This document shows positions 11,983 through 24,000 of a stretch of 64,000 bases of DNA, one piece after another. Each line of letters opens with the position of its first letter. The stretch's first letter is position 1. Below the pieces are notes generated by a model. It saw nothing but the letters and a program-made list of their open reading frames with translations, was not told the DNA's origin and did no database searches. Origin of the DNA: Convolutriloba macropyga (Eukaryota); NCBI RefSeq assembly GCF_964194025.1, contig NC_134479.1, forward strand, positions 40,858,001-40,922,000. Reading direction: 5' to 3'. Position numbers and translations under genes: made by a program.

Positions 11983-13982
11983 CAATGCAAGCTCGACTCA
12001 ACTTACTCCAAACTTATTTTTATGTCTGCGAAGTACTCAAACTGAGACGAATTGTAAATCATTGTTTAATCCTTATAATTCAGTTAGTTCTGAGTTCTTA
12101 GCCCGGAACATTATTTTAGTAGTTTTAAAATATAGTTTTTGCCTGGAAAAATACTGGGCAGTGTAATTTCTCACTTTTCGTTGTTCCCGGTCATTTGAAT
12201 AAAGCGCATCCTTTTCAGGCATAACAGTTCAAAGTCTCAATCAATCCGTCAAATTAAAAAAAGTTTGCTTGCGTGAAAAAACTTTTTCTGACCAACAACG
12301 ATGCAACCATTTTTTTAATGCGACTAAGCTTACAGTCTTAAAAGGGTCGTTCAGGTCGCGCTGTCTGGATCCTACCGGAGTTTGTTTGTTTGGTGTGGCC
12401 GATACCCAAATTTTGGTCTATTCGCTATGGCCTCTCCCTCACCTTCGGTCTGTTTGTCCTGTATCACTATGTCCGCAACCTACGTCAATCTGACCAATAT
12501 GCTTTTCTGGTTCAAGTACATTATCTTGTGTTTCAAAAGTTGGGCTGTGTAGACATGAGTCATTGACTATTAGAGCTTGAAAATGACCTGTACAGCTCAT
12601 TTCACAACCTAATTTCTGTTAATTAATTATGCAGCAGACGGAAATACAGAATAAGTGTTCTCCACCAATCAGAAACTGAGATGACTCTATTCTCTTTTAT
12701 ATAGCGCATGCACACTTAACATCAGTCAATCTAGTAAATAATAACCGCAAATTATATGTGTAAATCTCTCTTGACCCCAGCGTTAAATACATTGTTCACC
12801 GTAAAAATCAAAGCTTGTGTTTACTGTTTTACTGAGTCGGTTAGTCTTAGAGAAATAGGTATTTTGCAATTGATTCATGTATAATATATTACTCAAAAAC
12901 AAATCAAGGCCTTCATACAAAACCCTGCAGTATTTTTCAAAAAACTAATAAATATATGAAAGAGAACATGTTAACATTGAACAAAATAAAATCGAAATAA
13001 TTCTTTTTTCTAAAAAAGATCAGCTGCCTCTTCTGAGGAGTTTCATTAAAATGAAAGTATCATAAAACTGAAAGTCTGTTGTAATTATTTGGGCGTAATG
13101 ATTGACAATAAACTGAAGCTTGACTTAGAACTAAACAAAATGTTGATGAAAATGGCGACTGCTATTAGATCAATTTACTTGTTGAGACATCTAATACCGT
13201 TAAAAGCAAGAATTGCCACATTTTAATTTCAGTGTAATTTTTTTTCCACTCTCTACCAGCCTCATCTATTCTGAGAATAAACAGACAAATAAATTGGGTT
13301 ATAAAGGTTCACCATGTGCGTAAAAAATTTGACAGCGCAAGCGATCTTCTAACAAGAGATAAAATTTTACCTGCATAGCTTTTCATTAATTAAATTCTCT
13401 TTTTTAGTTTTTTGATTGATTTAAGCATTAGAAGAAAAATAGTCAAATATACAAAAAATTGTCGTTCAAAATATTGGGAAATTATGAGATGAGAGAAAAT
13501 TTCCGAACTGTCCAGTTTTTTCCAAAAAATAACTGTCAATCTACATGGAGTGACCGATCAATACTCAGAAATTTCTTGAGAAAGTGGAACAACTTGCTAA
13601 TAGAAATCCGGAACGAAAAAACAAAAAAGGAAACAAGTTTAAGGAGAAATTAACTAGAGAAATGAGCAAATTACATGAACGTGTTCCAATAGATAGACAA
13701 GTACAAGATTCTAAAAATTATTTTTACTAGTATTTTAAGTACCAAATTTTTCATATGTTTTAAAGTGATTGTTAAATGTATATGTTTTACAAAACTTTTG
13801 TTATGGTTACAAATTTTTCAATTTTTATTTTACTGATTAAAAAGATAAAATTAAGTCTACTTCGCACGCAGAAATAAGTAGCCCTAACTCTTTATACTTT
13901 GGGGCTGTAAAAGAGCCCACCTTGTGAATTATTTTACCTTTATTGAACGACGCATCGTAAAAGTTTGAATGATCTGCTTCAG

Positions 13983-14187
13983 ATATAACAAAACCATGTC
14001 ATTCACTATGGATTCTACTTATGGTGACTTAATGTGGCTAGAATATGGAGGGCTGTTTACCAATTTTTTGCTGAACAACTTGACTCAACTTCCTCAAAGC
14101 GAAGAAGAACAAATGACGGGAATGTTGTTGTTAATGAAAAATGGCGCAAATGAAGGAAATATTGCCCCGGTTGCTTTGCTCATAATG
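13983..14187 (+). CDS. Possible orphan coding exon (may or may not belong to the ARM-TIR gene)
   Basis: ttcag acceptor at 13982, ATG at 13996, open frame, ATG|gttagt donor at 14188. No recognisable domain. Confidence 0.3.
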
Positions 14188-14467
14188 GTTAGTTCACAAT
14201 AAAAAAATTTAGGTAAATTTACCATAACTTGCCCTAATTTTCAGGTAATTTTCTGGCTTGGTTAAGACAAAAATAAGGGAATTTTTGAGGCATTGTTCAG
14301 GTAATTAATTGAGGTATATTTAAGACAAGTACAGTAAATTTTTAAGGTAGTGAGGCCTTACCTTTTCAGGTAAAGTTCAGGTGAAGCTAGGGTTAGTTAA
14401 GGTAAGTTAAGGAAAGGCAAATCTACTTTAATAGTTGAGGTGAGTTAGGATGTTTTTTAAGGTAACC

Positions 14468-16382
14468 TAGTGATGAGCGGATTCAAATCTTGCAAAAATC
14501 TTGAAAGATGATCCAAAACTTGCAAGATTCTTGCAAGAATCTTACAAGATATCAAAGAAGGCAAAAAATAAATTGGGGTACAAATGATTTCCGAAGCATC
14601 TTTGAAGCAAATTATTGTTTATTAAACAAATTACGAAACTGAGTTCAATGAAAAAATTTTAACCCCGGATTCAAAATCTAGCAAGCACCTTGCAAGAATC
14701 TTGCAAGTTTCTGAATTTTGGGAAATTTTTTTGTGAATTTTTTTTGCAGCTGTGTGGCTGAAGTGACTGATATGTTAATTCTAGATCAACAGAATTGAAC
14801 CTAAATGACTTTTTGTTCGAAAACACCTTTTGAATGTGAAATCTTGAAAGAACCTTGCAATTTTCTTTCAAGATTCTGAATTCAAATACAACTTTCCGAC
14901 AAACAACTAGAGACTTCTTGAGGCAACCAAATCGGCCTTTTTTAAAATAAACTACCTAATAAAAGACGAAAACAAACATTTTCAAAAATTCTCTTGTTTT
15001 GTTTTCAACGACTTATTTATAGAGAAACAAACAGTTGGAATTTTTTTGTTAATGATCCTATCGGTAATTTAGCATCTTTTTGTAGTAGTAAAAATCATTT
15101 CAATTAAAGTTAGGTCTTATTATCTTCCTAATGAGATTTAAGTGAGCCTATTTGATGCCTTCAGCTGATAGCTATTGGTGTCAATGTCCTTGAAATTATT
15201 TCATTCGAAAACTTTTGATTTGTTTTTGAAGTTTCATTTTTATTCTTGATTCAGTTGATTTAGAATTCAGGCTCGTCCAAGAAGGTCAACCTCAAATTTC
15301 TGGTATGTCAAACATTAACTTCATTTTTTTTATGCTAAGTAATTTTTTTATTAAAAACAAAGAGAAAACAGCAGTCGGAGCTTTTTTGCTAAAATTTTGC
15401 AAACTACAACAACAAACTAATTGTACAAAGTGATATACTTTCGTCCAACCACTCCTTGGGACATAACATAGCAAGGAAAAAACAGTTCCAAATGGCGGTG
15501 TATCGCAGTTTTGGTGCTTTTATTACTTCTTGGTAAAGTGTATTGTTCATTAGCAACTGATGACGAAGTGCAGAACATCTTTTGTAACGTATACAAGCTA
15601 ATCCGGCTCAAAAATGTTGTGAGACATTGCAGTCCCCCTAATAACATCTATGTTTATATTCGACTGCAGATCCCAGGTCCGGAATGAAAAAGGAGGTAAT
15701 AACCACAAAATTCATACTGGAGAATCTCAAAATTGTCGGTTTTTAACTTGATTTGAAACAATTTTCCGACAACCTGTTAGCTATTTCTTATTTATAGTGA
15801 TCTTTGTTTTTTGTTGTCTTATATTTTGGAAAACTGTGTAACTGCGTGTTTTTAGCATACTATATCAGTATTCCTATAGTTTATTTCTGTAACTCCTACC
15901 TGCCGGTCCAGAGTCCGGAATAAGAAATGAGGGAATAATCACAAATTTCACAGTGGAAAACCTCAAAAGAGTCTGTTTTTTCTTGATTTGAGATCTTTTT
16001 CGATAATTGCTATCTATTCTAAATTTACTTATTCCTTTTATCTGGTTTTTGTCGTTTTGTTTGTTTTAGAAAAATGTGCAATTGCGGCTTTTTTTCCCGT
16101 ATTATATCAGTACTCCTATGGTTGATTTCAGTAACTCCGCCACTGTCGGTCTCAAGCTCGGAATGAAAAGGGAGGGAAGAAACCTCAAAAAATCATACTG
16201 GAAAAATCTCAAAAAAGTCAGGTTTTAGCTTGACTTCAGAAGGTTTTCCGACAGTTGATTAAACTATTTCACATCAACCAACAGCAAAAAAGCAGCCAGG
16301 TTACCAGGACAAAAAGGTAAATGTAAATACAAAAATCTTGCAGATGGATTCAAAATCTTGCAAGAATCTCGCAAGATGGATG
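14468..16382. mobile_element. Probable non-autonomous DNA transposon (TAGTGATG hAT-like end; CTTGCAAG subterminal motifs)
   Basis: Begins tagtgatg followed by clustered cttgcaag-type motifs. The other end is not visible (gap). Confidence 0.35.
15678..16262. repeat. Degenerate ~240-bp tandem repeat (~2.5 copies)
   Basis: cggaat...cacaaa..tca...tgga.aa.ctcaaaa recurs at about 15678, 15914 and 16157. Confidence 0.7.
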
Positions 16383-16582
16383 NNNNNNNNNNNNNNNNNN
16401 NNNNNNNNNNNNNNNNNNNNNNNNNNNNNNNNNNNNNNNNNNNNNNNNNNNNNNNNNNNNNNNNNNNNNNNNNNNNNNNNNNNNNNNNNNNNNNNNNNNN
16501 NNNNNNNNNNNNNNNNNNNNNNNNNNNNNNNNNNNNNNNNNNNNNNNNNNNNNNNNNNNNNNNNNNNNNNNNNNNNNNNNNN
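16383..16582. other. Assembly gap
   Basis: Run of N. Confidence 1.
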
Positions 16583-16614
16583 CCATTTGATTAATTTTAG
16601 TGCAGCTGTAAGTC

Positions 16615-18025
16615 ATGGACAACGTGGTTGATTGGCCGCGAGTGAACCAGTTTGATCAAAACTGGTTGTCAATCTCTATCATCTATAGATAACTTGGAAA
16701 ACACACTACAAAATTTGAAATTGATGCATTGCCTTTTCGCTAACGTGAACAGAAGAAACAGGTTCATGTTCTGCCAGAAGGTCAAAGATAACGACTTTGT
16801 GTCATCAGCCAAAAGTTTTCTCTTAAAATGTGATTATCAAAATAAATTCGATGGAATTCTTTATCAACTTTCCGAAAGGATTATTGGACTGTTGTGGAAT
16901 TTGTGTGATATCAGCGATGGCATTTGCCAACAAGTTGTCGAAGCTAACTTTCACGAAATGTTCATTCAAGATTTGAAGGACAATGAAATGCTTGCCCTTG
17001 AGAAGTTAGACGATTCCGAAACGGACACTTTTAACCCGGAGTCTGGAAGACAGCGGGTGCACTCATACCTGGGCGTCATGTTTAATCTTTTGAAAACATA
17101 CCCCGAATCTCGAGAGGAGTTACAAAAATTTGGACTTATTGAAGTGCTCCTCAAGCTGATTTTCGTAGAGGATGAACTTCTAAAAAGTGTCGTGGTATCC
17201 ACTTTGGCATTTGCAGTTGACGTGCATAGAGAAGATCAACAATCCCTAAAGAGCGTTAGTAATCTGACTTCACTCATTACTAAATTTTCCTTATTATTAC
17301 TTACCACTTTTTGTTTATTTCATTATCGGGGTCGGCTTTGTTGTATATATTATTTGAACGAAGGTTTTTACTACAATCTGAAGCACCAGGGTTCGAAGAT
17401 CATATTTAATTGCAAAAATCTAGTTTCAATCATGTTTTAGATAAAACACAACTTGAAGCCTCCATTTATTAATCATTCAGCAACTTTTTTTAGAAACTTT
17501 CACAAAATTTAATTTAAAAAGTTTCACAAAACTTTTCTAGAATTAACTTGTTCAGAATATTTTACAAAACTCTAGTTCAATGTCAAAAAATGGACAGAAA
17601 AGCAATTGATTAAAGTGTTTGAAGTGCATCCTAATTGTATTTGGAGCCTCAAAGTGGATTTATTTGTTTCGACTCCTTTGTTTGAACACTCAAAAAAATT
17701 TCAAATTTCTTAAAGAAACCAACACATTCTCTGTTCAGTAAATAAAACAAAAATTTAGTCGAAAATAATGTTGAGTCCGATGTTCTCAGTATATAAAAAC
17801 AACAAAATAACGAAAAAAGGAACAAACAAATCAGCGAAGAAAAGAAAAATGTTAATTACACAAAATAATCAATTTAACAGCTCGAACGGTGACCTAAAAT
17901 AAGCTGATAGCCTTTGTCTGGTGCTTCCAGATGTCTGGGAACTATAATATAACAGGCAAATTCTTAATGGCAAATCAACCTCAATATTTTTTTAATGTGT
18001 TCAGCCTAAAGTGTTTAAATCTGTT

Positions 18026-18063
<38 letters not shown>

Positions 18064-21000
18064 AGGCTTCTGTGGGTCTTTCCACATGGGTTTGCACCCT
18101 TCATATAACGACTGAGCTGAGCTTCTGCACCGTGTTACAATGTCCACAGCTGCAGTTGAAAGCCCAGGAACATAAGTTGACTTCCGAATAACTTTTGAAG
18201 AAGTAGTTCCAGTATATTTTTGTTAAATATTTCTTATCAATTTGATCGAGATCGACGTTCCCTACTTTTCGTATTATATTTAGTAAATAACTGGTTCTTT
18301 TCCAGAAGTTTTCATCAGCCTTCCTTGTTCTTGTTTTATTAATTGTTATTAGCTCATTTTGACGTGTGCTTAACAACCCTTCATTATTGTTTGTTTTAAT
18401 GGGTATTTTTATATTGATCCTTTAAGCAGTATTTTTATAAGATCCTTTAAGCAGTGAGATGAGCATTAATAGATCATGCAATTCAAAGTAATATGACAAT
18501 GGCAGCAACTTCAGTGTGGTCAGTCTTTGCTTGTAACTAATTTCCCAGTTACTGATTATCCACGACGTTGCTTTTCTTTGAATGCGCTCGATGCCTTTGC
18601 TTTCTGTCTTATTCGCGAACCATGCTTGTGAGTCATAACTTATGACTGGTATAACGTAGCCGACATATGCATTGAGTTTTGTTGTTTGCGATGCAACGTT
18701 TGATATGTTTCGTTTTAGGAAATAAAACGCTTTCCAGGCTTTGCTACAACGTTTCTTTATATTCGCTTTCCATGATAACTTAGTAGCCATAATTATACCT
18801 AGATCTTTTTGCTCGGTTTTATTTGAGAGAGTTTTAGAGTTAAGTATAAAGGAGTGCCAGTTTTTTTCGTTTACTTTAATCGGTAGGATGTGACATTTGC
18901 TTTCATTGAGTTGCATTTTGTTGTTATGGCACCATTTTTCGATTTTTTCCAGGTCACTTTGTATATTTGCTGGATTTGTTGATACAAGCTTGAAATCATC
19001 TGCGTATCCAAACGCAGAGCATTTTGATGTTTGTTGTGGAAGATCGTTTATATATATTATCAAAAGTAGGGGACCTAGGAGAGATCCCTGGGGGACACCA
19101 CTGGTTACTGGTACAGTTTCAGATTCCGAGTCATTTACTTTCACGTATTGTTTTTTATTTGATAGGTAACTGGCTACAATCTTTAAGAATTTCCCCCTAC
19201 ACCCAGGTTGTCCACTTTGTTAATCAGAAGATCGTGAGGAACTGTATCGAACGCTTTTTTGAAGTCAAGGTAAAGTACAAAAATTTCGTTGTCTTTTTCG
19301 TCGAATTCATTATACAACAGGTCTAGGAAAAGCAACATCTGGGTTACTACTGATCTATGCATTCTAAATCCGTGTTGTGATTCTTCTAGCTTTGTCTTGA
19401 CAGTTTCATATAGTTCGTCGAAAATTAGTTTTTCTAATACTTTGAGACGCTACATAAGAGACTAATAGGGCGGTATTGTTCAATCAATGCCCGATTCTCA
19501 TCCTTAAATATTGGTACAACTTCACTGATTTTCCAGTAGGATGGAAAAAAGCCTTTGTTCAAGGCAGTTTTGAAAATCAGAAAAAGTGATTTAGACAAGG
19601 CTGGCAGATTTTTTAGTACTGTGTTTCCCATCCTGTCTGGGCCGCAGGCTTTGTTTGTTTGAAGTTGTGACAGGATTTCTTTGATCTTACTCTCGTCTAT
19701 TTCAATTTTATTGTGCTGATGTTTATCGAAGGAGTTTTTCTTTATTTGATTGGTTTTAAGGAAAACTTTAGAAAAGAATTCACTGAAAAACGCACACTTT
19801 TTCTTATCTTCATTAGTTCGTGCATCCTTGTTTTTCATTGTTTCCGGGCATCTACTACTTTTATGACTTGACTTGAGATATTTTTGAAGATCCGAAAAAC
19901 GTCTACCTTGAAAGACTTTACTTTCGAATTCTGCTTGGTCCTCATTCAAGGAATTTCTTAATCGTTTTTCCATTTTCTTCAGTTTTATTAATCTCGCCAA
20001 GGTGGATTTCTTTGATGTTTTTCGTTTTAAGGTTGATATTATTTTAACAAGGTGGGAAGAATCTTTGCTTACCCAAGGAGCTAAGTTTGATCTGTGGGTT
20101 GTTGTTTTTGGGACATTTTCGCTAAGAACTTTGTCTAGCCATTTGTAAGATGCATGCATACTCCGCATGCTACACATAGAAAAATGGCAGATTTATTTTC
20201 AATGCTCGTTGAGCAACTTTTGCATCGGTTGTGTTTTGTTTTTTCTTTTTGCTCTTGACTGATTTTGTCGTTTCTGTTGATTTACTTTAGTTTCAAAAAT
20301 ATTTCTATCGTTTTAAAAGATTGTTACGATCTTTATTAAATCGACGTTCGTGTCAAATGATAGTAGGAAACCGTGATCTCCGTGCGGGGATCTATGGTTT
20401 ATTGAACTTGTTACTTTTGACCGTGATCTCCGTGCGGGGATCTATGGTTTTACTGGAATTACATGGTATACGAGGAGCTGCTGGAGGAAGGATAGAAAAG
20501 AGCCCGTGACCGCCGTACGGGGGTCTATGGTACTCTAATCTAATCGAAAAAACTGCACCGACAACCGGTATCACGGGAACACTCGAAAACTTGTGGGTGC
20601 TTTTCAGCTGCTAGCTTGTTCGTATACAAAACCTTGTTTTTTAGTAACGATACTACTTGGCCTTTTCTTTTGTTGTTGAGATGGACGTTGTCGTTGTCTG
20701 AAATTTGAGCACTGGAGTAGATAGCGTCTGCTAAGCCCCGAAAACCCCAATCGTATTTTTTGGATAGCTGATGAAGTTTTCGATTAACTGCGCGATGGCG
20801 AAGCAGGTCGTGGTCCTCGTACTCGGATTTAACTTGTTCAATTTCGTGTTCTGGGGGAAAACGTGGTGGGATGCCAAAACAAAAACGTTATCGGTAACTT
20901 CAAAAAGGGTAATTGCTAACTCACAGATACTGTCAACTACTTCCTGCACTGGAGTGTTGGAGGGCAAATATCCGTTGTACAAGTCGTTTCCACCAATGAA

Positions 21001-24000
21001 TATTGCTATTTTATCGTATTTTCCTTTTGGTTGTATGAAGTTTTGCACGTGTTTCACCCCTGCGCCAGGAAGGGACAGGATGTTGATTTCAGGGTAAATG
21101 AGTTGTCTGACATGTGAGTCACCAATCAGCAGGCCTTTGTTGTTTGACGTCTTGAAAGTGTGATATCTCATTTAAACATACACGCAGGTCACTGAAACCC
21201 TTCCATTGAAGGTCTTCCACACCTTGCGTTGGTAGACGTTTAACATGAAACTATTTAATAAGTTTATCCTCAAGCTTACAAATTAAAGTTTAGTTAAAGT
21301 TTGGCCTCAAGCTTACAAATATCTCACAAGCAGTTAGAAATTAACCATTCAGTCTCGCCCGAAATTTATAAGCGAGGCCAGCTTTTCTTTTCTTCATTCG
21401 AATCTCTAATTTCTGATTACGCTGAAGTACTGATTTCATTATAGTTTGTATTATTGTATAATTTTGTTTCAAAAAGGACAACTTCCACTGGAAAAACCTA
21501 ACACAATGGAAAAAATGGGTGTAGGTGGGTGGGGTACGTGGGAGTGGGAGGGGGGTTGAGGCGGGGGAGGGGGAGGGGTGTGCGTGTGTATGTGTATATG
21601 TGTGATAAACCTGATATTCTGCAGTTCTATACATTTATTTTAACAACAGCTACATGGAATTAAACCTAATAATTTTTAAATAAAGGGTGAAAAAAGGTTT
21701 AGAAAAACCCAAAAGGACGTAAGTTTGTTTTACAACTAATCTTTATGATAAGTCTCCTCTGAACTGTATTGTGATTAAAAATCAATTCAAATAGCTGAAC
21801 AGCTCAAAAATTTTGGAATTCAAAAGCGTTAACTTTTCACTTTCTAAAAAATGTACATATGGAAACTTAATAAGGTCTTCAGAAATTTTCTTAGTTCAGA
21901 ATTTATAGTTGTATTTTTCACTCGCTTTCACATTTTTCACTCAAATTCCGATGAAAGTCAGAAAACAATTTTTTTCTCAAAAAAGAAATTGAAATGAAGT
22001 TTAAAAGACGGAAATAATAAAAATAGCTGAGCTGAAAAACGGAATAAATATTCTCTACCATTCTCTATTTGCATTCGCTTTCTAACTTCTACAAATTTAA
22101 CCAAATAATGATTTTCTTGCAAGAAAGTGAGCCGAAAATGTTTTTAGGTAATGTAACGAGGAAAACCTCAAATCTGCTTGTAAATTATTTGTCTGGAATT
22201 GCTATTTTTTTCAGTGTTCTCTGAGCATAGTTTATAAGAAGTAGCGAAAACTTTTCGAAATAAGTGTTCCATATAATCAAAAACTGATCAACATTTTTTA
22301 CCGAGAGTTTAAAACTGTACAATTTGAAAAAATAAAACCTCAAAACTAGAAAATTTTCGACTCTATTCAAAACTTTTTTTAAATATAAATATGCATCAAA
22401 AGTGTTCGTCTCCAAGTGTTGATTCTTTTTGTGCGTTTAATATCGACAACACTTAAATTGTCGATATTAAACGTGATCGACGCTTTCCCCCTAAAATACT
22501 GCTTCAAGATTTTAAGGACAATCTTTTTCTTCTTGAGATAAAAACTCTTTTGGCAAGTCTTCAGAGACTTGTTAAAAGATTTGTGCTACTCAGCCACTCG
22601 CGCGATCCGTGTTGTTTCTTCTTGTCCCTTGATTCTTTGCTTCCTAATAAATTTAAGTTCATATTTGATTGTTATATTTGTTTCCAAATGTTTAGGTTAG
22701 AAGACCTGTCATAAGTTTTCTAGTTCAACGATTGTTGATAACGTCAGTAGAAAACGAAAACGTTACCCAACAATCAATGAAGAAATCGTTTAAAACAACC
22801 ACAGAAGGACGTGCTGTTCACTTTTGTGCCAGCGAAGTTTTCGAATTTCTATCAAGATTGGCAGTTAATGGAAATAATGCAACGGAAATGATCAAACAAG
22901 GTGTCTTTGCAATTTGCGAATCATTTTTGGAAACTAGTTGTGAGAACGAAGCTGCAATGACCTTGGCAGATACTAGCAAGCACCCTGCTATCCACTGGGC
23001 CCTTCGTTTACTTTGGCGAATTAGTTTTATACGTGAAGCCCTCTTCATGTTTACATTTAAGGATTTGATCAAATGTTTCAGGGCATCTGTTTCCTTTTCC
23101 CCTCGTGAACAAATCAAAATTTTCAGAAGACTTCGTGAACAAACTATCTCGCATTTTTCCATTAACAGTATGGTTTGCATAGCCAAATACATTCAACAAC
23201 AAAAGTCATTAACGTTCAAATAACAAAATTATACAATGAACTGCCTGTTTTTTGAGCTTTTTTCAGTAAACTGCGGAAGATAAACGTATATAGTTTGAAC
23301 AATTTTTTAGAAAAACAGAAGTATGAAATGATTCTGGCAAAAAAATGCTTATCATGTAGAATTCTGTTAGAAATTGTAATCATAAGAGTAGCATATGTGA
23401 TTGCTTTGGTTTCATGCAAGGATCGAACTAAGATATCAAGTATGGACAGCATGATATCATAATTGATCCTTGTATGAAATCAAAGAAATTTCAAGCCGAG
23501 TACACAACTTGATCGCGCCTACATCATTTGCGGCAAGTTGTGTGTTGTTAATTTATGAATTTCATGATAAGTTTTTTATCCACAGATTTCACGTGGTATT
23601 GAACGTACTGCTTCTTACAGAAAACTGGCAACTTTGAATCTCAATTTTCTCCGAAAATAATATTGTCGTTTGTCTTGAATTTGAAGCAATTGAATTTCTA
23701 TCGATTTGCATTTGATTCATCTAAGGAAAAGGAAAACGAAATGTTTCTTAAAAACAGACTTTTTACTATGTAATTTTAGTCTTTGGACGTTTGCTTTTGT
23801 TACTGATTACCTCATGAGACCATAGTCATTACATTTGAAATGTGCAGCGCCACTTAAGTAATTTTAGTTACAGAAACGATTTAAACTCGACTTTTTTAAT
23901 TGGTTTCGTCAGTTTATTCGGTACATAAAAGCTAGAAAGCATAGGTATCCTTGTTTATTTTTTTAAAAACCGAACACAGATATAAACATACCGAATTTTT

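Larger units (their letters stand above)
18027..21330 (-). mobile_element. CR1/L2-group non-LTR retrotransposon, frameshifted, antisense in the ARM-TIR intron
   Basis: RT motifs KACGPD, YRPISLL, LDFKKAFD, SGVPQGSLLGPLL, YADD. SGNH ORF1 upstream. Simple-repeat 3' tail. The 5' boundary is approximate. Confidence 0.9.
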
